From Macrostomum lignano (Eukaryota): a stretch of 64,000 bases of DNA. The DNA is taken from the NCBI GenBank assembly GCA_002269645.1, contig NIVC01001484.1:207527-271526 (forward strand), in the 5' to 3' direction. Below are positions 48,505-60,732 of this stretch, piece by piece (positions within the stretch are counted from its first letter, which is position 1; every line of letters starts with the position of its first letter). The notes below the pieces were generated by a model. That model worked only from the letters and a program-made list of their open reading frames with translations. It searched no databases and was not told the DNA's origin. Made by a program: the position numbers and the translations under genes.

Positions 48505-51240
48505 GTGTCTTTGATCTCTGCCTTGTGTCTCAGGCTGTATCTCTGATCTCTGCCTTGTGTCTCTGATCTCTGCCTTGTGTCTCAGGCTGTGTCTCTGATC
48601 TCTGCCTTGTGTCTCTGATCTCTGCCTTGTGTCTCTGATCTCTGCCTTGTGTCTCAGGCTGTGTCTCTGATCTCTGCCTTGTGTCTCTGATCTCTGCCTT
48701 GTGTCTCTGATCTCTGCCTTGTGTCTCTGATCTCTGCCTTGTGTCTCTGATCTCTGCCTTGTGTCTCTGATCTCTGCCTTGTGTCTCTGATCTCTGCCTT
48801 GTGTCTCTGATCTCTGCCTTGTGTCTCTGATCTCTGCCTTGTGTCTCTGATCTCTGCCTTGTGTCTCTGATCTCTGCCTTGTGTCTCAGGCTGTGTCTCT
48901 GATCTCTGCCTTGTGTCTCAGGCTGTATCTCTGATCTCTGTCTTGTGTCTCTGATCTCTGCCTTGTGTCTCTGATCTCTGCCTTGTGTCTCAGGCTGTGT
49001 CTCTGATCTCTGCCTTGTGTCTCAGGCTGTATCTCTGATCTCTACCTTGCGTCTCTGATCTCTACCTTGTGTCTCTGATCTCTGCCTTGTGTCTCTGATC
49101 TCTACCTTGCGTCTCTGATCTCTGCCTTGTGTCTCAGGCTGTGTCTTTGATCTCTGCCTTGTGTCTCTGATCTCTGCCTTGTGTCTCTGATCTCTGCCTT
49201 GTGTCTCTGATCTCTGCCTTGTGTCTCTGATCTCTGCCTTGTGTCTCTGATCTCTGCCTTGTGTCTCTGATCTCTGCCTTGTGTCTCTGATCTCTGCCTT
49301 GTGTCTCTGATCTCTGCCTTGTGTCTCTGATCTCTGCCTTGTGTCTCTGATCTCTGCCTTGTGTCTCTGATCTCTGCCTTGTGTCTCTGATCTCTGCCTT
49401 GTGTCTCTGATCTCTGCCTTGTGTCTCTGATCTCTGCCTTGTGTCTCAGGCTGTGTCTCTGATCTCTGCCTTGTGTCTCAGGCTGTATCTCTGATCTCTG
49501 TCTTGTGTCTCTGATCTCTGCCTTGTGTCTCTGATCTCTGCCTTGTGTCTCTGATCTCTGCCTTGTGTCTCTGATCTCTGCCTTGTGTCTCTGATCTCTG
49601 CCTTGTGTCTCAGGCTGTGTCTCTGATCTCTGCCTTGTGTCTCAGGCTGTATCTCTGATCTCTGTCTTGTGTCTCTGATCTCTGCCTTGTGTCTCTGATC
49701 TCTGCCTTGTGTCTCAGGCTGTGTCTCTGATCTCTGCCTTGTGTCTCAGGCTGTATCTCTGATCTCTACCTTGCGTCTCTGATCTCTACCTTGTGTCTCT
49801 GATCTCTGCCTTGTGTCTCTGATCTCTACCTTGCGTCTCTGATCTCTGCCTTGTGTCTCAGGCTGTGTCTTTGATCTCTGCCTTGTGTCTCTGATCTCTG
49901 CCTTGTGTCTCTGATCTCTGCCTTGTGTCTCTGATCTCTGCCTTGTGTCTCTGATCTCTGCCTTGTGTCTCTGATCTCTGCCTTGTGTCTCTGATCTCTG
50001 CCTTGTGTCTCTGATCTCTGCCTTGTGTCTCAGGTTGTGTCTCTGATCTCTGCCTTGTGTCTCAGGCTGTGTCTCTGATCTCTGCCTTGTGTCTCTGATC
50101 TCTGCCTTGTGTCTCTGATCTCTGCCTTGTGTCTCTGATCTCTGCCTTGTGTCTCTGATCTCTGCCTTGTGTCTCTGATCTCTGCCTTGTGTCTCTGATC
50201 TCTGCCTTGTGTCTCTGATCTCTGCCTTGTGTCTCAGGCTGTGTCTCTGATCTCTGCCTTGTGTCTCAGGCTGTATCTCTGATCTCTGTCTTGTGTCTCT
50301 GATCTCTGCCTTGTGTCTCTGATCTCTGCCTTGTGTCTCAGGCTGTGTCTCTGATCTCTGCCTTGTGTCTCAGGCTGTATCTCTGATCTCTACCTTGCGT
50401 CTCTGATCTCTACCTTGTGTCTCTGATCTCTGCCTTGTGTCTCTGATCTCTACCTTGCGTCTCTGATCTCTGCCTTGTGTCTCAGGCTGTGTCTTTGATC
50501 TCTGCCTTGTGTCTCTGATCTCTGCCTTGTGTCTCTGATCTCTGCCTTGTGTCTCTGATCTCTGCCTTGTGTCTCTGATCTCTGCCTTGTGTCTCTGATC
50601 TCTGCCTTGTGTCTCTGATCTCTGCCTTGTGTCTCTGATCTCTGCCTTGTGTCTCTGATCTCTGCCTTGTGTCTCTGATCTCTGCCTTGTGTCTCAGGCT
50701 GTGTCTCTGATCTCTGCCTTGTGTCTCAGGCTGTATCTCTGATCTCTGTCTTGTGTCTCTGATCTCTGCCTTGTGTCTCTGATCTCTGCCTTGTGTCTCA
50801 GGCTGTGTCTCTGATCTCTGCCTTGTGTCTCAGGCTGTATCTCTGATCTCTACCTTGCGTCTCTGATCTCTACCTTGTGTCTCTGATCTCTGCCTTGTGT
50901 CTCTGATCTCTACCTTGCGTCTCTGATCTCTGCCTTGTGTCTCAGGCTGTGTCTTTGATCTCTGCCTTGTGTCTCTGATCTCTGCCTTGTGTCTCTGATC
51001 TCTGCCTTGTGTCTCTGATCTCTGCCTTGTGTCTCTGATCTCTGCCTTGTGTCTCTGATCTCTGCCTTGTGTCTCTGATCTCTGCCTTGTGTCTCTGATC
51101 TCTGCCTTGTGTCTCAGGTTGTGTCTCTGATCTCTGCCTTGTGTCTCAGGCTGTGTCTCTGATCTCTGCCTTGTGTCTCAGGCTGTGTCTCTGATCTCTG
51201 CCTTGTGTCTGAGGCTGTGTCTCTGATCTCTGCCTTGTGT
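48505..51240 (+). repeat. 20/32 bp satellite (TCTCTGATCTCTGCCTTGTG with or without TCTCAGGCTGTG), ~2.7 kb
   Basis: Mix of 20-bp and 32-bp units with recurrent variant blocks. Confidence 0.98.
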
Positions 51241-51879
51241 CTCTCTCTCCACGCCTCTCTTTCGCCCTCTCTTCATCTACCTCACCAACTCCCCCCCCTG
51301 TAGGCGCCTGCTGCCTAGTGCGTGGTAGCTTTCATGGCAATGATTTTACTCCTGGTATTGCTTATGCAATGTACATCCAGTGTGCTTTCTCGCCGAATAA
51401 TTTGTCCCAGGGTGGCTGGAGTCCTGCGAATTTTTTGCCTTTTCCAACTTCAAGTAGTCTAAAGACCCACATCCATCGCAATGCATTGTACAAATAAGCC
51501 TGAAAATCAGTATAATATAAGGAGAAGTGAGCCTCAAAATAAATTTTTATAATTTCGTAGTAGGACGTGCACTGAGTGCCTCACTCTTAAGCCCCCTCCT
51601 CAGATCAAGCGGCGGATCTGCTGCAGCAGAGGGCCAGCTGTCTCAGCTGTCGCTGCGCTGCGTAGACGCGAGGACGAGAGGAGGTCGCCGCTCCTTGAAG
51701 CCTGCAGCTGGATGCCAGGAGGAGAGATGAAGCTGAAAGAGTGGTTAGGGAGAGAATTGTTGAATTGTTGGAATTCTGCTTTAAAATAATATAAAATTTG
51801 ACTTTAAAGTCTTCCTTACACTCTACCTCATTTTTGATTAGCACTCTCCCCTACTGGGGGACGGAGCTATCATGTCACC

Positions 51880-52095
51880 CTGTCTCCAGCACCCTCTCCG
51901 ATGTTCCAGCACCCTCTCCGATGTTCCATCACCCTCTCCGATGTTCCATCACCCTCTCCAATGTTCCATCACCCTCTCCGATGTTCCATCACCCTCTCCG
52001 ATGTTCCATCACCTTCTCCGATGTTCCAGCACCCTCTCCGATGTTCCATCACCCTCTCCGATGTTCCATCACCCTCTCCGATGTTCCATCAACCT
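51880..52095 (+). repeat. 20 bp tandem repeat (CACCCTCTCCGATGTTCCAT), ~10 copies
   Basis: Direct inspection. Confidence 0.93.
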
Positions 52096-52870
52096 CTTCC
52101 GATGATCCATCACTCTTGGCCAAGTGAAATTTTTATAATACACAAACCAAAATGTACTTCTATTAGGGCCTAGAAATTCCCCGCTTTTCTTGCCTCCGGT
52201 TCTATCCAAGGAACCCTAACCGAAGCTGAGGGCAGACCGCCTACTTTACAAATTGACATTTTAGAACTAATCTAATATTTCTGATCACCGAAGCGAATTT
52301 ATGTAAATACAAATACACTGGCACACTTTGGAATACGTTGGTATCAGTACTCAAGAGACTCGAGCAGCACAACATCCCAACGGTCCTATCCTGTACACCA
52401 GCACAAATACCAGTCAAACTTGTTATTGCTTCTGACTTTGCTGTCTACTAAGCCTGAGGTGGGTGGAGATTAAAAAGAATAATTCTTTGAAATTGCGTGC
52501 GAGATCGACTTCTACTCTATAGCAGACTCCGACTCCTCAATGGCAATTTCCGATCTCATTTCAAACAGCCTCTCTCCGTGAGCAGAAATCCTTCGCAGCC
52601 GCGTCTCCCTACCCGGGAGGCTTTAATCCGAGGCCCGTTCCTGCCTGCAGCTCATTCATAACTCTTCCTCTGCTTCTGAGAGCTGCCTTGTACCAGCGCC
52701 GCTCTTTGCTTGCAAACTGGAGAGTTGGGGGCCTTGCTATCGATCTGGGACATCGAGAGGGCGGGGCGGCCGCTTTGGCTGAGGCGAATATTGAAAGTGA
52801 TAAGAATGCAGCCATGCATGGAGATGGGCACAGTGGGGGAGCAGGGACCACTAGATGTTACACACATTCG

Positions 52871-52897
52871 TACAGACAGACAGACAAACAAACAGAC

Positions 52898-52943
<46 letters not shown>

Positions 52944-52944
52944 T

Positions 52945-53022
<78 letters not shown>

Positions 53023-53023
53023 A

Positions 53024-53076
<53 letters not shown>

Positions 53077-53137
53077 CACAGACAGACAGACACACAGACA
53101 GACAGACAGACAGACACACAGACAGACAGACAGACAC

Positions 53138-53207
<70 letters not shown>

Positions 53208-53262
53208 GGACAGACAGACAGACAGACAGACGAACAGACAGACACACAGACAGACGGACCGA
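52871..53262 (+). repeat. (ACAG)n microsatellite
   Basis: Direct inspection. Confidence 0.98.
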
Positions 53263-53637
53263 CAGTTAAATAGAGGCATGAAAAGCGGCAGTTCGGATGT
53301 CGGAGGCACACTCATTCATACGAGTATAGCGTGCTAAACAGCAATTATTTCGATCGTCATCATGCCAATTGAAAGGGAAAGCGGTTATGCTTTTTTGGTA
53401 ACTAGTAGAGTAGAGCTCGGGTTGCTTTACTAATTTTTTAGCTCCAGTCCGCATCGCAGTAATTGCGAGTAAAGTAATTACTCGATCGAGAAAAGCAATC
53501 AAGTTATAAAAAATATCAGTGAAGTTTTGCTTTTCACTGAACTAACAAACAAATCAACACTTAGTTTTAATAGTTTTTGAAATTTTTGTTTCTTCAAAAA
53601 CATTTTAGCGCCAATTTAAACAAATATTCAAACATAC

Positions 53638-53983
53638 CCGACTGGGAAATCTCGCTGGTCTCAACTTCGGCCAGTTTTGCCGCCACCGCAGCTCCGTTGC
53701 CGAGGGGCTCAGAGGACACCAGGGACCAGAGCAGGTCCCCAGCTTGATACCACTGCTCCTCCTCGAGGAAGAAGTTCTCGTCGTCAATGTACGGAATGTC
53801 AGAATCCTCAGCTTGATGACCATCCAACTGTCGGAGCCCTTTGACCTTCAACGGCGTGAGGGAGTCTGGATAAAGTCGGTCAAGACTACTCCCATCTTCT
53901 AGAACTGGGCCGTTTGTAACAGTCCGGTCGATGCAATGGTTGCCATGGAGACGAGACGACGTCACAGCTTGTCTGTTGCCCAT
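53638..53983 (-). CDS. Probable first coding exon of an uncharacterised acidic protein
   Basis: ATG-initiated 115-codon frame (MGNRQ...DIPYIDDENFFLEEEQWYQAGDLLWSLV...) ending at a G|GTATGT donor. The downstream exon is uncertain; an acceptor near 52727 would add VCKQRAALVQGSSQKQRKSYE*. Confidence 0.45.
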
Positions 53984-55319
53984 AGTCAGTAGGCAGACTG
54001 GCCCGACAATCTAAACTCCTCTATGCCGCGAAATCGTTAGGCATGCTTTGTAAAGCCGCTTCTCTGGCCGCGTTATAAAATAGAGGATGGGAGAAAAAGG
54101 AAATTGGGGAGAGTCTGGGAGAGAGACAGGAAAGGATCCGATGAGGAACAGGCTGGCATTGCTCGCGAAGGGGCGGACTCGTGGGAGCAGAGGAGATTGG
54201 GCCGCCTGGCTGGCTGCTGTTCGCCCCTCTGCCAATCCACAGCTTCTTCATTAAAACCGATCGCCCATTCAAACTGGGTGCACGCGTTCGGTGCTTCTGT
54301 CCCTCTGCACATGGGTATAGGCCTTCTCAATCTACTGGGACATGAGAGTTCTCAGACTGCTCATCATTCATGCACTCTCTTCCTGTACTATATTATACAC
54401 CTATTCCTGACAAACAGATGGAGAATGACTTGGAATGGCTGTTTTCATGATCGATCATTGAACAGCAAACGGTGCTTGAATGGAGCAACTTAGGCGTATG
54501 TCGAGACTTATAAAGTTGGGCTTATTTTCCACAAATTTTCAGAGCAAGGTGACAGTTCTCATTACAAAGCAGAGGCAGAAAGACAAGTCAAGTACTTGTG
54601 GATCTCGTGGAAGAAAACTCATTTCTGAAAACTGAAGTCACTGTAACAAGCTCCGCGAACGACTGCCGAACAAGTCTGTCGTCATCGCCCAGACGGCAAA
54701 CGTAATAACATAATTGCAATATAGTTTGCAAAATAAACACATAACTTTAAAGTGAGAAGTCAGTTCTGTGGCTTATACACATTTTATTCCCATGACTTGA
54801 AAATACAGCAAAGTTTTGCTGAGGTTGGAAGTCCCAAGGCTGTGCTATATTAGTGTTACACTAGAAATTTGCATACCATACTAGCACTAGCTATGCTCAA
54901 CTCTGAACTACACTTACTGAATTTCACAACAGAGAGCCATCGTTTTAAATCATTAATATTCCTTGTTTTTGCATTCGATGCCGCATTATGACAACGGCGT
55001 TGAATCGGTTTTCATCTGACGGAGGGAACTACATGACGGATTGCGATGGTGGCCAAGGCTTCTAAGTGATTTGTCAATATATATCAGTCTCTGTCAGCGA
55101 GGCTTTGGGATGGGAAGATTCCGTGATTTGTTGCTTAATTCTAGAGAATTCCAACGAGTTCAGACGAGTCGACGACGTAACAAGCAGCAAGCTAATGGAT
55201 GATTTTTGAAGACAACTAATAACCATTTTGTTGAGTGGGGATCTATGTCTGGGGCGCCAAGGGGCTTTAGCATTAAGGGGCTTTAGCACCATGGGGCTTT
55301 AATACCAAGAGGCCAAGAG

Positions 55320-55720
55320 GCGCCAGCACCATGGGACGCCAGCATTAAAGGATGTCAGCACCAAGGGATGCCAGCACCAAGGGACGCCAGCACCAAGGGA
55401 CGCCAGCACCAAGGGATGCCAGCACCAAGGGATGCCAGCACCAAGGGATGCCAGCACCAAGGGATGCCAGAACCAAGGGATGCCAGCACCAAGGGATGCC
55501 AGCACCAAGGGGTGCCAACACACCAAGAGGCGCCAGCACCATGGGACGCCAGCACCAAGGGACGCCAGCACCAAGGGACGCCAGCACCAAGGGACGCCAG
55601 CACCAAGGGGCGCCAGCACCAAGGGATACCAGCACCAAGGGATGTCAGCACCAAGGGGTGCCAACACACCAAGGGACGCCAGCACCAAGGGGTGCCAGCA
55701 CCAAGGGACGCCAGCACCAG
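55320..55720 (+). repeat. 16 bp minisatellite (GCCAGCACCAAGGGAY)
   Basis: About 24 tandem units. Confidence 0.95.
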
Positions 55721-55949
55721 CGCCCCTAGATCAGCAACCCTCGTCTGCTTGACACGGATGTCCTCATCCAGAAGCAGTTCGCCTTCAGAAAGCGGAACCT
55801 ACGGCCGCACGACGACCTCAGCCTGCGAGACCTGGTAGCTGCGGGAGGCCAGCTGACTCTCTCGGACAAAATCCCATTGACCTCCACTAAAATCCAAAAG
55901 CATTATTCCACTACGTCATGACGTAAGAGGCAATTGGAACCACTGTGAA

Positions 55950-56300
55950 ATCCACTGCTTCAATGACGGATCCCAAATCAACTCCGCCTCTGGCTACAGC
56001 TACTGCATCGTGTCTGGAGTGAGACCGTGGCGACCTTCTCTCAACACACTGGTACCTGCTCTACCGTCCTCCAGAACGGCGAGATCAGCGAGTCTATGGG
56101 AAGGAGATTACCCTCCACTCGGACAGTCAAGCAGCGATCCACGCCCTTGAGCGCACCACAACCTGCTCGTGTACAGTCCTCGACTGCATCGTGCACCTTA
56201 ACCGCTTAGGCGCCTCCAACAAGGTGTCCCTGAGGTGGATCCCCGGGCACTCTGGCCACCCCGGCAATGTGTCAACGATCGCCTGAACAAGGCTGGCTCA
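55950..56300 (+). mobile_element. Degenerate RNase H domain of a non-LTR retrotransposon (I/R1-like)
   Basis: FNDGSQ, ITLHSDSQAAIHALER and KVSLRWIPGHSGHPGN motifs, with frameshifts. Confidence 0.8.
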
Positions 56301-56856
56301 ACCGTGCCTTCTACTGGTCCCCGTGTCCCGAGAGTTTCTGCCAGCTCGTCCGCAACTTAAGAGCTACGTACCGGGCGAGCAACCATCCACCTCCTGGACT
56401 CTCCAGAATAGGTATTTTACTGCTGGTTTGTCTAATAATAATATGGTCATTTTCTCTGACACGAAAATACGTTAAACTATTTTCACGTGGAATTCCCTAC
56501 AGCGTGCAGTTGTTTAGCTGCAGTTTGCTAAAAATAGAAATTACACACCCCCGGCCTCACCTCGCTTCGCGAAAGTTCGCTTTTAAACGTACTGTACAGT
56601 GCACTATGCTAAATGGCAAATGCAATGCGTTAGTGTTTATTTTAAGCCATGACCAATAATACAATTACTTCCTTGTTAGTTTGTCAGGACTGCGGATTAC
56701 CTAATTGCTATTATTGTTGATGACTTCTTAGCGCAGAAAACAAGGCACTTTACCCTCGGAGTATAAAAATGGTGCTAGTTAGGTAAGTTTAGCATCATCA
56801 AGACCTGTTAAAAACGTTGCCTGCAATATACGATCTAGTTTAGTTTCATAATTATC

Positions 56857-57447
56857 ATGAATTGCCTGCCGATTGCAGAGTTGGTGCTGCACTCCACACT
56901 AATCTGTGTGAGCACAGTCTGCTTGTGCATAGAAAGCCAGCTCAATGAGATATTCGATGGACTCAACTCTGAGTACAGCAGATACCTCGGCTACATCTGC
57001 CCCGTTGTGGTGACGCTACTGAGTTTACACAGTCTAACTGTCCTCATCTTCAAGAACTGTTGCGAAAGAAGTTTCGCAGAGAGCGCAGAGAGAAGCCGCG
57101 GCTGCAGCTGGTGCGCGTTGATGCAGCTTCTGGCTTGGCTCGCCTGCGCCGCCGGCTTCTTGGCCATGACCGTGCTCATCACCATCGGCCTGCCGCACAT
57201 TCAAGGCGTCGCCTCGTCGGCGTCATCAACGACGGTGTCAGACTGTCCAGGGATCAACTTGGCCATTCGACTGTGGCGATTTCAAGCGGCAGTGGCCGGA
57301 GTGGCGGCTGGCGAGTGCCTGGCTCTCTTCGGCCTGAGAATTGCTGGACTGGTGGCGGCCCCGAGACCAAGGGAGGAGGATGGCGTCATTTTCCAAGAAA
57401 CATGGTCGTTTAAACCGGGAGCGGCAAAAAAACAAATCCCTGTGTAA
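56857..57447 (+). CDS. Single-exon four-TM membrane protein (MARVEL-like topology), 196 aa
   Basis: ATG-initiated GC-rich ORF in AT-rich surroundings, with four hydrophobic segments and a Cys-rich loop. Confidence 0.6.
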   Translation: MNCLPIAELVLHSTLICVSTVCLCIESQLNEIFDGLNSEYSRYLGYICPVVVTLLSLHSLTVLIFKNCCERSFAESAERSRGCSWCALMQLLAWLACAAGFLAMTVLITIGLPHIQGVASSASSTTVSDCPGINLAIRLWRFQAAVAGVAAGECLALFGLRIAGLVAAPRPREEDGVIFQETWSFKPGAAKKQIPV

Positions 57448-58243
57448 AATTTGTTTGTTACAGTTAATGTTTGCAGTGATGTTACAAGTAGTTCTTACCG
57501 AATCTTGTAAAATACAAACATTTAAATGATTTAATCCATGCTTAATCTGTTTGACTAAGTGCCTGTGACTTTTGCTGGCCAAAAGTTACAAACGAGGATT
57601 TTAATGGCTCAGTAAATTTTTTATAGCTTTAGTAAATTAGTTCTATTCTTATGTCATTTAACTTATCTACAGACTTATTCATTATAACTAATTATATGCT
57701 ATATTTAGAATCGTTACGAGTTACAATGATAATAATAATACATAAATTTAGAAATACTATAGTTATAATTATCATGTTGAATTATTAGGGTACTAAACTA
57801 TTAGCGCTAGACTATAAAATGTAAATTATTATGTAATAAAACAACTGGCATACAGTATAATTGATAACACTTGTAGTTGAGAAATAATACTAATTTCCAA
57901 TACACTAAAAATGGGAAGTCAGGATTTTAGAATTGTTGGTGCTCAAAACTGACGGGTCATAATAGGAATCTGCTGTCTGACTTTAGACATCTCTCTTAGT
58001 TCGTAAAGTGTACACGAGTACTTTATAATCGCTTCGATAGCCAGTCAATTGACGTTCTAAAGTTTATCTGAAAAAAAACTAAAAATTTTGTCTATGGCAC
58101 AGAGAAGGCGAATCTTTTCTGCGTTGATGTCAAATTTGAAGTCAAAAGAAGAGAGATCCCGGCCCAGCTTCTTTGTTAAAGCTGCTTTAAAAGAAATTAA
58201 AGGTTGCTCTAGACGCATTTTGATTATAATAAAGACAGGAAAG

Positions 58244-60152
58244 ATGGACCAGCAAGAGGACTCAGAAGCGACAGTCGATCTGAAGCAAACATTCTGCTTC
58301 GACTTTCTGTCCGGGCCAGAAACTACGGAGGCGGCCAGTCATAGCAACCAGAGCAACCGCACTGACATCATGAAGAAGTACTTAGTCTACATGGAGCTAC
58401 CCAAGATTAGAGTGAGTGTCTGATATCTCAACTAATCTACTGGTAGTAGTTTAGATTTACCAAAAACTTTTGGTATTAAAATTTTTTTATCACTGTTCTT
58501 ACCAAGTCATTTTTATCTACACTGTACAGATTGGAGACTACAGAAAGTCGAGCTGCGTCTCCGGCAACGTGATCCGCTTTCACTTTCTGCTTCGTATCGC
58601 TCGCGATGAAGAGAATATGGTGCTGCGACTGCAACCCATCAAGGCCTACAAAACGCCCGTGGTGAACTTCGCCGTCATCCATCGGCCTTTCCTTGACGAT
58701 GACAGCGCTAAAGGTCCAATTCCAAAGAGTCCCGGTGTGCGCAGCCCGCTGATCAACTACGAAGGCGAAGAGACCAGTCCAGGAGTGCCCGACAGTCGTA
58801 CCGATGATATCATTGAAGACTTTCAAAGCGACAAAGCTCAGGCGCCTAGTGTCGATGATGAACAAAAGCAACAGGGACAGAGGCGATCAAGCGATGCTAG
58901 CATCGGTAAATCTCAGCCTAAACTGAAAGAAAGCCCGAAGAGGCGGTCCAGTCAGGCTAGTATCGACAAAGACAAAGTACAGCAGAAATCCTCCGAGAGC
59001 CCGAAGAGGCGGTCCAGTCAGGCTAGTATCGAAAAAGACAAAGTACAGCAGAAATCCTCCGAGAGCCCGAAGAGGCGGTCCAGTCAGGCCAGTATCGACA
59101 AAGACAAAGTACAGCAGAAATCCTCCGAGAGCCCGAAGAGGCGGTCCAGTCAGGCGAGTATCGACAAAGCTCAACAAGAGCAGGCAAAGAGTCCCCAGAA
59201 ACATTCGAGTTCAGAAAAGACCCAGACCCAGCCGTCGGAGAGTCCCAAGCGACGATCTAGTCAGGCAAGCACCGACGAGCAGCAGCGGTTAGAAGTCGAG
59301 GCGCCTGTGAGGCGGCCAAGCCAGACAAGTCTCGACCAGTCTAAAATGGCGAGCGTTGATCAGAGACGTTCGAGCCAATCAAGCACAGGTGCTCAGCAGC
59401 AGCGATTTGAAGTTGAGGCGCCCGTTAGGCGGCCAAGCCAAGCTAGCGAAGATCTGCTTCACCAGGCCGGGGCAGCCAGGCAGCAAGAGAGTCAAACCAG
59501 TTCGGAAAATCGTCAGTCTCAGGTACCGGAGACGTCTCAACAGAGACCTGTCCAGGGCATCTTGGCTGAGTCTCCAAAAAAGGCCCGACTTGAGATCGAG
59601 TCACCGACACCTCGTCAGGACATTTCCCCAGCTAGACTTCTCTCAGACGATAATGCAACCACTCGCACAGATACGACCGGTCGTCAAAAGCAGCGCCGTC
59701 CAAAGAAGTATTTTGTCTACTGCGAGATACCGAAGATCCTCCTTGGCGACTATCGCAACTCCAGCGTCATCTGCTCTGAGATTATCCACGCGCATTTCCT
59801 GATGAAAATTGCCAAAGATGAAGAAAGCAACCAGCCGCGTCTGAAACCGATCAAGCGGTATCACCGGCCAAAAGTGAACTTTGCAGTCATTCACCGGTCG
59901 CTACTGGTTGACGACGACGCAATCGGGCCGATTCCTCGCAGCCCGAACGTTCGGTCACCGATGATCCGCGAGGATGAACCCGAGGAGGAAGACGACGTTC
60001 CGCCAGACAACGTGATGCACGCCACAATGGGCTTCTGCTACGGTCGCCTGCCCCGCTCTAAGTACGAGCTGATCACGCAGTGGTCTTTGGTCAATGGAGA
60101 CGGTGGTGGACCGCCACTTCCTGAGCTCGTGCTCAGCAAGGCCGATGTGTGA
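58244..60152 (+). CDS. Uncharacterised ~596 aa protein with two copies of a ~90 aa domain separated by an S/Q/K-rich repeat linker
   Basis: Exon 58244-58411 (AGA|GTGAGT) joins exon 58530-60152 (TACAG|ATT) in phase 0. The join gives KKYLVYMELPKIRIGDYRKSS, which aligns with the downstream KKYFVYCEIPKILLGDYRNSS. Confidence 0.85.
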
Positions 60153-60732
60153 TTTTGTCAAGTGCCATTCGGCGTGCTTAGCGGTGAAATCAATAACCAC
60201 AGCGTTCATTTTTGTTCAGCGTCAGTCATCAAGCGACCGATTTTTCAGTTTTACTTCTTTGGAACACTTCAAACATTTTTTCGTCTTTACAGACACGTTT
60301 TTTTCGGCCTGCGCACTGCAGGTGCAATCAATCGCCCAGAAATTTCCTCTGCAATTTATACTAATCCTCTTTTACTACCTGTGCCCATACATTGTTAGAC
60401 AGAAGCGACCACTAAATTAAACCGGATTTTTAATTTCAACTATACACACTTGCTGAAACAAAAGAAGTCGTTGATGCATCATTTTCACATAAATAGGTCT
60501 TGCACTTTCTATTCCGTAAATTTTTAACCAGCCTTGATTACTTAGATTATTTAAGTTACTTAGCCGATAAGTATAATTAAGTCCGTAAACTATTATTTTT
60601 TAGATCAATCCGATATTTTATTAGATAAATTCTTTATTCGATAAGATTGAATAGCTACAAAGAAAACTTTAAATTACAGCGTGTCAATGTCCACATGGAC
60701 TTGATTATACATCATTCTAGGAAATCGTAATA

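Noticed and set aside
51527-51844. GC-rich patch with short ORFs
   Set aside because: No consistent start, splice signals or motif to build a gene model.
55299-55838. Overlapping repeat ORFs (PAPRDASTKG..., WCWHPLV...)
   Set aside because: Frame rotations of the 16-bp minisatellite.
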